A stretch of DNA of 63,956 nt, the filler included, from Acidimicrobiia bacterium (GTDB lineage: Bacteria; Actinomycetota; Acidimicrobiia; Spongiisociales; CAZKJJ01): NCBI GenBank assembly GCA_046759765.1. It is 3 parts of 3 records of this genome, joined end to end, with 100 filler letters (N's around TTAATTAATTAA, not from the genome) between each part and the next. Parts side by side here need not be neighbours in the genome. Positions count along the whole stretch, not along the records: positions 22,531 to 43,779 come from JBHICV010000027.1; 2 more parts are not named here. The stretch is one strand, 5' to 3'. Shown here piece after piece: positions 30,447-39,653 of this stretch; position 1 is the first letter of the stretch; each line of letters starts with the position of its first letter. Below the pieces are notes generated by a model. That model had not been told where the DNA came from. It saw only the letters and a program-made list of their open reading frames with translations, and did not search any database. A program made the translations under genes and the position numbers.

Positions 30447-31948
30447 GAACCTGAAGACCGCAGGTGGGGAAAAAGTTGAACGTCCCGGATATGGGCGGTG
30501 TCGCTGAGGACCATCACCAGCCGGTCGACACCGATCCCCAGCCCGCCGGTCGGGGGAAGGCCGTATTCCAGAGCAAGGACAAACTCTTCATTGAGGGCAT
30601 TCGCTTCGGCGTCTCCCGCCGCTCTGGCGTGTAGCTGCTCTTCGAAGCGCTGCCGTTGCTCGACCGGGTCATTGAGCTCAGAGAAAGCATTGGCCATTTC
30701 CATCCCACAGATGAAAAGCTCGAACCGCTCAGCCAGGTTCGGATCTGCGCGGTGAGTCCTTGCTAGAGGAGATACCTCCAGGGGATGATCGAACACGAAG
30801 ACCGGCTCCCACAGGTTGGGCTCGACGTGCTTCTCGTAGACCTCGGAAATAGTCCTACCGGGCCCCCAGTTGGCGTCAGGCTCCACTCCCAACCGCACAG
30901 CTTCTGCGCGCAACTCCTCCCCAGGCGTTTCGAAGTCCAGCCGGCTCCCCGTGTAGGAGGCGACCAGCTCCAGCAGCGTTGCCCTGCGAAAAGGAGGAGT
31001 CAGGTCGACCTCTCGGCCCTGATACGCAAGCGAATGCGTTCCTGAGACCGCCACTGCGACCTCGCCCAGCACCTGCTCGATCAGCTCGGCGATGTCGTGG
31101 TAGTCGGCATAGGCCTGATATCCCTCCAGCATCGTGAACTCGGGGCTGTGAGTCGAGTCAACGCCCTCGTTGCGGAAGTTGCGGCCTATCTCGAAGACGC
31201 GTTCCATGCCCCCGACAACCAGCATCTTCAGCTGGAGCTCAAGCGCGATCCGTAGATACATGTCGACGTCGAGAGCCTCGTGGTGGGTGACGAAGGGCCG
31301 GGCGACCGCGCCTCCCGGAGCCAGGTGCAGAACGGGAGTCTCGACCTCGATGAAGCCCCGGTCCTCGAAGGCCGTCCTGAGCGCGGCGATGGTCCCAATA
31401 CGCTTCTGCACCACCCTCCTCGCCTCTTCGTTGACCGTCAGGTCAAGGTATCGCTGTCGTGACCGGCGCTCGACGTCCTGCAGACCGTGAAACTTCTCGG
31501 GTAATGGGCGCAAAGACTTGGCCAGAAGCGTCACCTCTTCGACCCGAACCGACAATTCGCCCTTGCGGGTGGTCATGATCGCTCCCGAACAACCCAGCCA
31601 GTCACCCAGGTCGACGGAGTCGATCAGGTTCACAGCATCGCCCAGAAGGTCCTCGTCCAGATAGAGCTGAATTCGGCCGCTTTGGTCCTGAAGAACTCCG
31701 AACCGCAGCCGGCCCATATCGCGCATTCCCATCAGCCGGCCGGCGACGGTCACGCGGTCGTCGGTCTCGCTCCCCGGAGGAAGTTCGGCGTATTTCTCAT
31801 GCAGCTCGACCGCATGATCGGAGATCTCGAAACGGAGCGGGTAAGGGTCTACCCCCAGCTGTTGGATCGACTCCAGCTTTTCAACCCTGCGTGCGGTCAG
31901 TGGATGATCGGCGAGGGCTTGGCGATCGGTCGACGCCTCGTCTCCCAT
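30443..31948 (-). CDS. lysS: Lysine--tRNA ligase (class II)
   Basis: OB fold, YLRIALE, FRNEG, GLPPTGGLGIGVDRL. Confidence 0.97.
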   Translation of the reverse strand: MGDEASTDRQALADHPLTARRVEKLESIQQLGVDPYPLRFEISDHAVELHEKYAELPPGSETDDRVTVAGRLMGMRDMGRLRFGVLQDQSGRIQLYLDEDLLGDAVNLIDSVDLGDWLGCSGAIMTTRKGELSVRVEEVTLLAKSLRPLPEKFHGLQDVERRSRQRYLDLTVNEEARRVVQKRIGTIAALRTAFEDRGFIEVETPVLHLAPGGAVARPFVTHHEALDVDMYLRIALELQLKMLVVGGMERVFEIGRNFRNEGVDSTHSPEFTMLEGYQAYADYHDIAELIEQVLGEVAVAVSGTHSLAYQGREVDLTPPFRRATLLELVASYTGSRLDFETPGEELRAEAVRLGVEPDANWGPGRTISEVYEKHVEPNLWEPVFVFDHPLEVSPLARTHRADPNLAERFELFICGMEMANAFSELNDPVEQRQRFEEQLHARAAGDAEANALNEEFVLALEYGLPPTGGLGIGVDRLVMVLSDTAHIRDVQLFPHLRSSGS

Positions 31949-31960
31949 GGTGGCCGCACC

Positions 31961-32731
31961 TTACCGAGGGGCATCGTGGTTCAGGTCGTAGATCCGCCTC
32001 AGGCCTTTCAGGGTCAGGAACTCGTCGATTCGGTCGACCGTCTGACAGTGCGGAATGATGAGCGAGGCCAGACCTCCCGTCGCCACCACCTCGGTTTTGG
32101 GTCCTAGTTCAGCCGACATCCGCGCAACCATCCCATCTACCAGGCTCGCGTAGCCGAAGACACTTCCGCTCTGGATTGCCTCCACCGTGCCCTTGCCGAT
32201 CACAGAGCGGGGAGGAACGAGATCGACCCGACGCAAGGCGGACGTCTCGTGTATCAGCGCATCGACGGCTATCTCCAAGCCCGGGGCTATCGCTCCTCCG
32301 AGGTAAGCACCGTCGGGGCCGAGAGCATCAAGGGTCGTGGCGGTCCCGAAGTCGACCACAATGGCCGGCCCGCCGTAGAGGTCAAAGGCAGCAAGGGCGT
32401 TCACGATGCGGTCTGCGCCGACCTCCCTGGGATTGTCGATTCGGATCGAGATACCAGTCCGAACGCCTGGTCCGACGACGAGTACCGGGCCGTGGGACAG
32501 CTCTTCCAGAGGCGCGCGTAATGCCTTAGTGGCCGTCGGGACCACGCTGGAGAGTGCCGCTCCGTGGATCTCGACCGAGTTCTCCTCCTCGAGAAGACCC
32601 CGCAGGAGCAGCCGGTATTCATCGGAAGCCCGGTCCCTGACAGTCGAGATGCGCCAGTCGTGAGAGAGATCGTCACCTTCGATCAGGCCGATCACGGTCT
32701 GCGTGTTCCCCACGTCAATAGCCAACAGCAC
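31961..32731 (-). CDS. coaX: Type III pantothenate kinase
   Basis: IDVGNT, GADR, VDFGTATT, GGAIAPG. Confidence 0.96.
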   Translation of the reverse strand: MLLAIDVGNTQTVIGLIEGDDLSHDWRISTVRDRASDEYRLLLRGLLEEENSVEIHGAALSSVVPTATKALRAPLEELSHGPVLVVGPGVRTGISIRIDNPREVGADRIVNALAAFDLYGGPAIVVDFGTATTLDALGPDGAYLGGAIAPGLEIAVDALIHETSALRRVDLVPPRSVIGKGTVEAIQSGSVFGYASLVDGMVARMSAELGPKTEVVATGGLASLIIPHCQTVDRIDEFLTLKGLRRIYDLNHDAPR

Positions 32732-32734
32732 TCG

Positions 32735-33631
32735 CTATCTCCTTTCGTAGAGCACACTTCGATGGTCGAGGACTCGCCCGAAGTCCGGCTCGATCTGTCC
32801 GTCAGGGCCGAACGACACACAGAGGTTGTCGATCAGCCTGCTTTCTCCAACCAGAGCCGCTACGGCCAAGAACCCGGTTCGGTCTAGCGTCTTGATCCGT
32901 TTGACCTCCTCTGCGTCGACGAGCTCGGCGTACTGGAGTGCGAGGCCCCGCTCCTCCGCCTCGGATCGAGCGATCTGACAGAGCGTGGCTGCGTCGCGCT
33001 CACCCGTAAGGATCGCCGTCTGAGCAGCTCTGAGCCCCTGCGAGAGCCCAAGAGCTCTCTGGCGGTCTTCAGTTCCTAGATGGATGTTTCGGCTGGAGAG
33101 TGCCAAGCCATCGGACTCGCGAATGGTTGAACAGCCGATCACTTCGGTCGGGAACGACAGGTCCGAGACGAGGCGTTTGACGACCGCGAGCTGCTGCGCG
33201 TCCTTACGTCCGAAGTAGGCGCGGTCGGGCCGGAGCCCGGCCAGCAGCTTCGTGACGACCGTGGCTACTCCCGCGAAGTGGCCCGGACGGTGAACTCCCT
33301 CTAGCGGGTCGGCAAGAGGTCGGACCGTGACCGTGGTGTGAGGTTCGGTTGGAAACACCTCGTCCAGAGGTGGGGCAAACAGGACATCGGCGCCTGATTC
33401 TTGGGCCAGTTCCGAGTCGCGTGCCAGGTCCCTCGGATACGAGTCCAGGTCCTCAGCTGACGAGAACTGAAGCGGATTGACGAAGAGGGTCACCACGACC
33501 GTGTCCGAGTCACGATGGGCCGCCTCGATCAGGCTCAGATGACCCTCGTGCAGGAATCCCATCGTCGGGACACAGCCGATCACGCCGCGATAGCTCTTCC
33601 GGGCGGCCTCGAAAGAGCCGGCGACCTCCAT
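32735..33631 (-). CDS. panC: Pantoate--beta-alanine ligase
   Basis: VPTMGFLHEGH, FVNPLQF, RPGHF, FGRKDAQQ, GLALSSRN. Confidence 0.96.
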   Translation of the reverse strand: MEVAGSFEAARKSYRGVIGCVPTMGFLHEGHLSLIEAAHRDSDTVVVTLFVNPLQFSSAEDLDSYPRDLARDSELAQESGADVLFAPPLDEVFPTEPHTTVTVRPLADPLEGVHRPGHFAGVATVVTKLLAGLRPDRAYFGRKDAQQLAVVKRLVSDLSFPTEVIGCSTIRESDGLALSSRNIHLGTEDRQRALGLSQGLRAAQTAILTGERDAATLCQIARSEAEERGLALQYAELVDAEEVKRIKTLDRTGFLAVAALVGESRLIDNLCVSFGPDGQIEPDFGRVLDHRSVLYERR

Positions 33632-34446
33632 CAGAGGATGCCCTCGAAATTCTCGAGGGTTCCGGCAAGCCGAGCGGTGGCCCGACCGAAGGCACGGAAG
33701 TCCTCCTCGAGATGGGGGGCGTGCTGCCGGATGCCCGCCAGTTGGGCCTCGACCGTGGAGATGTCGCCCCGAGCTATGGGCCCCGTGAGAGCGGACTCGG
33801 CACCAAAGGAGAAGACGTTGCTGGTGACGGCGTTGACAAGTGGCCGGGCCGCCTCGTAGGGGACTCCAGCCGCGGTCGCCAGAGACTCCGCCAGCCCCAG
33901 CGCCGCCGTGACGTAGTTAGCGGCCGCGGCTGCCGCCGCGTGGTAGAGGGGCTTCAACTCATCTGCTAGCCGGAAAGGCCTGGCTCCTAGGTCCTGCGAG
34001 ACGCCTTCGAGCAGGGCGGCTAGCTCCTCCGAGTCGGTGGTAATAGCCATCCAAGCGCCCTCGAGGCGGTCCGCCCCGACCTCTGCGTTGGGCAGGGTCT
34101 GCAGTGGATGCCACGACCCGATAGCAGCACCGCGCGCGGCCAGCGACTGGAGGGTTCGAATTTCCTGCAGGCCTGAGAGATGTACGGCGGCAGCAGCCGG
34201 CAGATTCTCAGCAAGGGTCTCGGCCACTGGCTCGATGGCGTCGTCACGAACGGCCAGGAGCACGATGTCGGCTTCAGGTAGAGCTGAACCAAGCCTGTAG
34301 GACCGAGCTGAAACGAGTTCCGCCAGCAAGTCTGCGCGCTTGCGATCACGTCCGATCACGGCGGCAACCTCATGGCCCGCTCTATGTAATGCGATCGCCA
34401 GAGCGCCCCCGGCGCGGCCGGGCCCTACCACGGCAAAACGAGTCAT
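33631..34446 (-). CDS. Rossmann-like/DUF2520 oxidoreductase (PanG-type ketopantoate reductase)
   Basis: GPGRAG, HLSG, HPLQT, YHAAA, LTGPIARGD; directly upstream of panC. Confidence 0.85.
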   Translation of the reverse strand: MTRFAVVGPGRAGGALAIALHRAGHEVAAVIGRDRKRADLLAELVSARSYRLGSALPEADIVLLAVRDDAIEPVAETLAENLPAAAAVHLSGLQEIRTLQSLAARGAAIGSWHPLQTLPNAEVGADRLEGAWMAITTDSEELAALLEGVSQDLGARPFRLADELKPLYHAAAAAAANYVTAALGLAESLATAAGVPYEAARPLVNAVTSNVFSFGAESALTGPIARGDISTVEAQLAGIRQHAPHLEEDFRAFGRATARLAGTLENFEGIL

Positions 34447-34488
34447 GGTTCCAGTCCGATCTCCGGTACCGGTCCTGACCTCAGGCTA
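34447..34488 (-). promoter_or_regulatory. -10 element plus short 5' UTR forming a bulged-A hairpin (pan-motif-like)
   Basis: TAGCCT (34488-34483), then CCGGU-A-CCGG-AGA-UCGG-ACUGG (34472-34451), 4 nt before the ATG. Confidence 0.5.
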
Positions 34489-34531
34489 ACCCGTTCCCTC
34501 TACCCCAGGCAGACGCCTAGGTTTCGACTTC

Positions 34532-36064
34532 GTGCGCGCGCCATGGATGGTCTTGGCTCTCCTCCTGGTAGCCGGGTGCTCCCCCACAGAGTCGGCGCAG
34601 ACCACGATGGCGACGACTCAGCCGCCGGTCACTGCCACCGCTGCTGCCGCCCCTACCACCTCTACCGCGGCTGTGTCCGGTGAGGCCGCCTCGTGTCCGT
34701 CTGTCGAGCCCGGGATCGGCGACAGTCTGTTCCCTGGCCTCGGGAATATCGGCTACGACGTCGCCCGCTATGAGCTGGAGCTCGAATTCGAGTTCCCGGA
34801 AGATGTCACCGAACCGAGAACTTTCGCCGGAACCGCCACCATCCACGCCACCGCCACGGACAGGCTGGCGGCATTCAACTTCGACGCCACCGAGCTAGAT
34901 GTTTCGAAGGTCACAGTCGATGGCCAAGTTGCACAGTGGTGCACCGAAGATCGGGAGCTAACGATCGTCCCCGGCGAAGCAATCGGAAGCGGTACCGCCT
35001 TCTCTGCGACGGTCGAATATTCAGGCTTTGCGCGTCCTCGCACCGAGGTCACCGCGTTTCAGACGGGGCTAATGCGCGCCGGGCCCGGGCTGGTCGCCAT
35101 CGATCAACCGAACGGCGCTTCCAGCTGGTTTCCGTCCAACGATCATCCTCTCGACCGAGCGCAGTTCCGTCTGAGTATGACAGTCCCGGCTGATCGCGAG
35201 GTTGTTTCGGCCGGTGACCTTCAAAGCGTGGAGGAGGGCGCCAGTACGTCAACGTATGTCTGGGAAACCGTCGAGCCGATGCCGCCCTATCTACTGCCTT
35301 TCGCAATCGGCCGCTTCGAAGAGGTCGAAGGGGAAGGTCCGGATGGGCTACCGCTGACCTTCTACTACGAGGAAGGTCTTGACTCGTCGGTCCGAGCCGG
35401 GTTCAGTCAGATGGGGAGAATGATCGAGCTGTTCGAGAGTCTGTTCGGTCCTTACCCGTTTGACCGAGCCGGCGCCCTCGTGGTCGGTTCCGGCGCGTTT
35501 GTCGCCCTAGAGACTCAGCCTATCCACACATACACGCACACGATCCTCGAGGAGCCATTGATAGGACCGCAGCCCGTGATTGCCCATGAGACGGCGCATC
35601 AGTGGTTTGGGGACTGGGTGGCGGTTGCCGACTGGAACGACATTTGGCTCAATGAGGGGTTCGCTACCTACGCCGAGTATCTCTGGGCAGAAGAGGTGGG
35701 CGGGATTGAGCGGGCCAACGGTCAGATCAGCCTCGACTACGCGGGCTTTTCAGGATTCGCGGAGGAGCAGCAGCTCTCGCCGCCCGGGAACATACCTAGC
35801 CGGCCGGACATGTTCAGCGCGTCGGTTTATGTCTGGGGCGGTTTCACTCTGGTTGCGCTACGAGACGAGGTGGGCGACGAGGTGTTCTTCGACATCCTCC
35901 GGACCTGGGTCGAGCGGTACGGGGGGTCCAATGCCACCACGGACGATTTCCTCGCCTTGGTCGAAGAGAAGGGCGGCGCCGAGGCTCGAGACTTGGTACG
36001 CAGATGGCTCTTCAGTCCAACGTTGCCTCCATTGACCGCCCGCGGCCTCGGAACAGAGGGCTGA
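34532..36064 (+). CDS. M1 family zinc aminopeptidase, lipoprotein
   Basis: LLVAGC lipobox, WFPSNDHP, HETAH...WLNEGFA. Confidence 0.9.
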   Translation: MRAPWMVLALLLVAGCSPTESAQTTMATTQPPVTATAAAAPTTSTAAVSGEAASCPSVEPGIGDSLFPGLGNIGYDVARYELELEFEFPEDVTEPRTFAGTATIHATATDRLAAFNFDATELDVSKVTVDGQVAQWCTEDRELTIVPGEAIGSGTAFSATVEYSGFARPRTEVTAFQTGLMRAGPGLVAIDQPNGASSWFPSNDHPLDRAQFRLSMTVPADREVVSAGDLQSVEEGASTSTYVWETVEPMPPYLLPFAIGRFEEVEGEGPDGLPLTFYYEEGLDSSVRAGFSQMGRMIELFESLFGPYPFDRAGALVVGSGAFVALETQPIHTYTHTILEEPLIGPQPVIAHETAHQWFGDWVAVADWNDIWLNEGFATYAEYLWAEEVGGIERANGQISLDYAGFSGFAEEQQLSPPGNIPSRPDMFSASVYVWGGFTLVALRDEVGDEVFFDILRTWVERYGGSNATTDDFLALVEEKGGAEARDLVRRWLFSPTLPPLTARGLGTEG

Positions 36065-36087
36065 GTCTGTCGCGGTAACGTCGGAGG

Positions 36088-37200
36088 ATGGCTGAGCTGC
36101 CGTCCACTGCTGAGGTCGTCGTGATCGGTGCCGGCATCATGGGAACCTCGACTCTGTACCACCTTGCCTCAATGGGCTGCACAGACACCGTGCTCCTGGA
36201 AAGGGAGATCATCGCGGCCGGTTCAACGAGCAAGGCCGCCGGTGGGTTTCGGGCTCAGTTCTCGGACCGGCTGAATATTCAGATCGCGCTCGAGTCCATC
36301 GGCCGTCTCACTCGCTTCGACGATGAGTTCGGCGTGGACATCGACCTCAAGCAGTGGGGATACCTGTTCCTTTTGCAGAAGGAGAACGTTCCCTCGTTCG
36401 CGGAGTCGTTGCGCCTCCAGAACGAGATGGGGGTGCCGTCTGTGTTGCTGAGCCCGGCAGAGGCTGGCGCGATGGTGCCCGAGCTCAATACCGACGACCT
36501 GGCCGCGGCCACGTTCTGCCCGATGGACGGGTACGCAACCCCGGAGACCGTCGCCCAGACCTACGCCAAAGCCGCGATCGACCAAGGGGCCCGACTCGTC
36601 CAGGGGTGTGAGGTGTTGAAGGTTCTGGCCGATGGCGACCGAGTGATAGGCGTCGAGACGTCGCAGGGGAGCATCACAACGCCGGTGGTCGTTTGTGTAG
36701 CCGGAGTCTGGTCGCTGCCACTTGCCGCGCAAGTCGGAGTGGAGCTACCGATACAGCCCGAGAAGCGGTACGTGTTTCTAACCGACGAGCCCGACACCCT
36801 TCCTCGTGAGCTACCGCTGACCATCGACTTTGCGACCGGCTTCTGGTTCATGCGGGAGGCGGATCGGATCATGTTCGGAGGCCGACAGCGAACACTGGAC
36901 GACCTGGCTCCCTACGCGGTAGCTCGCTTGCCCATCCTCGAGGAGCTGTCCGTTAAGCCGGGCTGGTGGGGCTACTACGGGATGAGCCCCGACCACAACG
37001 GCATCGTGGGTGAGGCTCAGTCACCGCAAGGGTTCTTGTATGCCACGGGGTTCTCGGGACACGGATTCCAGCAAGGGCCTGTAGTTGGTCAGTACCTGGC
37101 CGAGCTGGCCCTTTCGTTGAAGCCGGAGCTCGACCTATCTCCGTTCTCGCTGGAACGGTTTGAGCGCGACGACTGGCGACCCGAAGCGAACGTTATTTGA
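36088..37200 (+). CDS. FAD-dependent oxidoreductase (DAO/sarcosine oxidase beta-like)
   Basis: GAGIMG, GSTSKAAG, SPDH, GFSGHGF. Confidence 0.85.
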   Translation: MAELPSTAEVVVIGAGIMGTSTLYHLASMGCTDTVLLEREIIAAGSTSKAAGGFRAQFSDRLNIQIALESIGRLTRFDDEFGVDIDLKQWGYLFLLQKENVPSFAESLRLQNEMGVPSVLLSPAEAGAMVPELNTDDLAAATFCPMDGYATPETVAQTYAKAAIDQGARLVQGCEVLKVLADGDRVIGVETSQGSITTPVVVCVAGVWSLPLAAQVGVELPIQPEKRYVFLTDEPDTLPRELPLTIDFATGFWFMREADRIMFGGRQRTLDDLAPYAVARLPILEELSVKPGWWGYYGMSPDHNGIVGEAQSPQGFLYATGFSGHGFQQGPVVGQYLAELALSLKPELDLSPFSLERFERDDWRPEANVI

Positions 37201-37215
37201 CGGGCTGCTACGCCG

Positions 37216-37282
37216 CTTCCCTCCCCGCGAGGCTGCGCCCCGCTTCCCCCTCCCGCCTCGCGGGAGGGCGTTAGGGGGAGGG
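37216..37282. repeat. GC-rich hairpin element between convergent genes (REP-like or terminator)
   Basis: ccctcccgc-ctc-gcgggaggg (37248-37268) flanked by C-rich and G-rich tracts. Confidence 0.45.
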
Positions 37283-37289
37283 TCTGTCC

Positions 37290-38231
37290 TCATAACACCC
37301 ACGGAATCAGCCGCCTCCGGACCCGCTGGCGGTAGTCGCCGTAGCTCGGGTAAGCCTCCTCGAGGAGCCGTTCCTCGAAAGCGGACTTGAACCAGAAGAG
37401 AACTCCGAGGCCGGCCGTTATCGCCAGCGCCGGCCAGCTGGATCGAAGCAGGGAGAGCCCCAAGGCCCCGACCAAGGCTCCGCCGTAGATCGGATGCCGC
37501 ACCAATGAATAGACACCCGAATCGGCTAGGCGTCCGCCTTTGACCGGAGCCGGGTAGGGCGTGAGGCTGCGGCCCAGCACCCGCACCCCCGCCAGCCACA
37601 AGATCGCCCCGGCGACGAGGAACAGCGCCCCGACCAGGGTCCACGCACCCCACGACCCGCTCACCAAGATGACCGCGACGAGAAGCGCAAGAAGCAGCAG
37701 ATTTTGCCCGAATACGAACCATCCCCCCTTGCCCGAGAAGGCTGAGTCGGCGGGAAACGACATCGTGACGCGCTCAACGCGTTGGTCGGCCACACCAGGT
37801 AGCGAGTCCGAGACGCGCCGGCCATCGGGCAGAGCTGCCTCCGGCCAGACTTCGCGGAGCGGCTCGAGCACGAAGCGGCGCTCCAACATCCTGGGATGCG
37901 GGACCCTCAAACTTGGTTCGTTGATCGTCTCGTTTCCGAATAGGAGCAGGTCGAGGTCGATCACCCGCGGTCCCCACCGCTCCCCTCGCTCTCGGCCCAT
38001 GGACTCCTCGATAGCCAGGAAACCCTCCATGAGCCCTTGCGGCGTTAGGTCCGTCTCCAGAATGACCACCAAGTTCAGATAGTCCGGCTGCGGTGGCCCG
38101 ATCGCCTCGGTCGCGTAGATCGAAGACACCCCCTCGTACGAGCCGAGGTCGCCGAGACGGCGGACCGCCTCGTGGAGCTGGCGTTCAGGCTGGCCCAGGT
38201 TAGCCCCGAGGCCTATGGCTACCCGCGTCAT
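37290..38231 (-). CDS. folK: FolK (HPPK) fused to an isoprenylcysteine carboxyl methyltransferase/PEMT-family membrane domain
   Basis: IGLGANLG, QPDYLN, RWGPRVIDLDLL, VPHPRMLERRFVL; then TM helices, LTPYP, GVYSLVRHPIY, EERLL...Y..Y. Confidence 0.88.
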   Translation of the reverse strand: MTRVAIGLGANLGQPERQLHEAVRRLGDLGSYEGVSSIYATEAIGPPQPDYLNLVVILETDLTPQGLMEGFLAIEESMGRERGERWGPRVIDLDLLLFGNETINEPSLRVPHPRMLERRFVLEPLREVWPEAALPDGRRVSDSLPGVADQRVERVTMSFPADSAFSGKGGWFVFGQNLLLLALLVAVILVSGSWGAWTLVGALFLVAGAILWLAGVRVLGRSLTPYPAPVKGGRLADSGVYSLVRHPIYGGALVGALGLSLLRSSWPALAITAGLGVLFWFKSAFEERLLEEAYPSYGDYRQRVRRRLIPWVL

Positions 38232-38236
38232 GCTGG

Positions 38237-38285
38237 TTTCTTGTCAATCTCAGCCGCGGAAAGCGCGGCCCAGATTGAAAGGAAC
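38237..38285. repeat. Dispersed palindromic repeat, copy 1
   Basis: tgtcaatctcagccgcggaaagcgcggc (38242-38269) is identical to 54354-54381. Confidence 0.85.
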
Positions 38286-38298
38286 GCGTAGAGACACC

Positions 38299-38781
38299 TC
38301 ACCCGGTCTGCGGGTCGGGAATTAGCCGCCGTCCCTCCGGACCGAGGGGACGACCCACGATCTCCTGGACGACGGCGGTCGCCATGATCGGATCTTCTAG
38401 CAGCTCGGAGTGAAGGAGATACCCGGCGAGGATTCCCGCGACTGTGTCGTCGACCAGGTCGCGGTGAACCAGAAGGATCGTCTCGGGCGGAGCCAGCGCC
38501 TCGTCGATGGCCGCGAAGACCTGCTCAACGTCCTCCGGCTCCATCTCGAGCGGGAGCGGGGAGTGATGCGTCCGGAAGCCGGCTCCCTGGTAGCTGCGCA
38601 GGTTCTGGTTGCCGTCGAGGAGCGACAGCACGGCGTTGATGCCCCGTTGCTTCAGCCAGGCGACTTCCTCTTCTCGCCGGACGCGCCGATGCTGGACGCC
38701 GTGGCCACCAATTCGCTCCGAGACGGCAAGGAGATCCTGAATGACCCATGCGAAACCACGTGGTTTCAGGCCCGTGACCAC
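38299..38781 (-). CDS. Dual-specificity/PTP-phosphatase-like protein lacking the catalytic Cys
   Basis: F.W...LAVSER, LK..GINAVLSL, LLVHRDLVDD in place of HCxxGxxR. Confidence 0.55.
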   Translation of the reverse strand: MVTGLKPRGFAWVIQDLLAVSERIGGHGVQHRRVRREEEVAWLKQRGINAVLSLLDGNQNLRSYQGAGFRTHHSPLPLEMEPEDVEQVFAAIDEALAPPETILLVHRDLVDDTVAGILAGYLLHSELLEDPIMATAVVQEIVGRPLGPEGRRLIPDPQTG

Positions 38782-38784
38782 CCT

Positions 38785-39633
38785 CTACCCCCTTGGAGAG
38801 GTCTGTCGGACGATAGCGTCCGCCACCCTGGCGATATCGCTTGAAATGGCCACATTGTGGACCCGAACGGCGAACGCCCCGCCGGCGATGGCGAGGGCAA
38901 CTGTTGCCCCGGTGCCTATGTCTCGAGCCTCCGGGTCGGGCTTATTGAGGATCGCACCGAGGAAGGACTTGCGGGAGGTTCCTACCATCACCGGATAGCC
39001 CAACGCGGCCAACTCATCCAGCCTGCGCAGCAGCGTCAAGTTGTGCTCGGCGGTCTTTCCGAAGCCGATGCCCGGGTCAATACAGATTGCTTTGGGGTCG
39101 ACTCCAGCCTCGATGGCGAACTCGGCACGTTCCCAAAGGAACTCACCGACCTCTTTCGTAACGTCTTCGTAGATCGGGTTGGTTTGCATGGTGCGGGGCT
39201 CGCCCTGCATGTGCATGAGCACCACCCCGGCCCCGGCATCAGCCACCAAGGGGACCATGTCCGGATCCGATAGCGCGGAGATGTCGTTGACCACCACCGC
39301 TCCAGCCGCGAGGGCAGCCTCCGCCACCGAGGCCTTCGAAGTGTCGATCGAGACTCGCACACCCGCTTCTACCAGGCCCTTTACCGCGGGAATCGCTCTC
39401 CGTAGCTCTTCCGACCCTGCTACCGAGTCGGAGCCAGGCCGCGTGGACTCGCCGCCGACGTCCACGAGCGCGGCGCCTTGCGACTGCAGCCGAAGACCAT
39501 GCTCCACTGCCAAGTCAGGACCGAGGTACTTGCCCCCGTCAGAGAACGAATCCGGGGTGACGTTGATGACGCCGACGATGGCGGTGCGGTCGCCGGAGAT
39601 GACGCCGTCTCGAATCTTCCAGCTGGAGCTCAC
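38785..39633 (-). CDS. folP: Dihydropteroate synthase
   Basis: NVTPDSFSDGG, GGESTRPG, DPGIGFGK, GTSRK, RVHNV. Confidence 0.97.
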   Translation of the reverse strand: MSSSWKIRDGVISGDRTAIVGVINVTPDSFSDGGKYLGPDLAVEHGLRLQSQGAALVDVGGESTRPGSDSVAGSEELRRAIPAVKGLVEAGVRVSIDTSKASVAEAALAAGAVVVNDISALSDPDMVPLVADAGAGVVLMHMQGEPRTMQTNPIYEDVTKEVGEFLWERAEFAIEAGVDPKAICIDPGIGFGKTAEHNLTLLRRLDELAALGYPVMVGTSRKSFLGAILNKPDPEARDIGTGATVALAIAGGAFAVRVHNVAISSDIARVADAIVRQTSPRG

Positions 39634-39653
39634 GGCCGACGGCCGTTCCGGAA

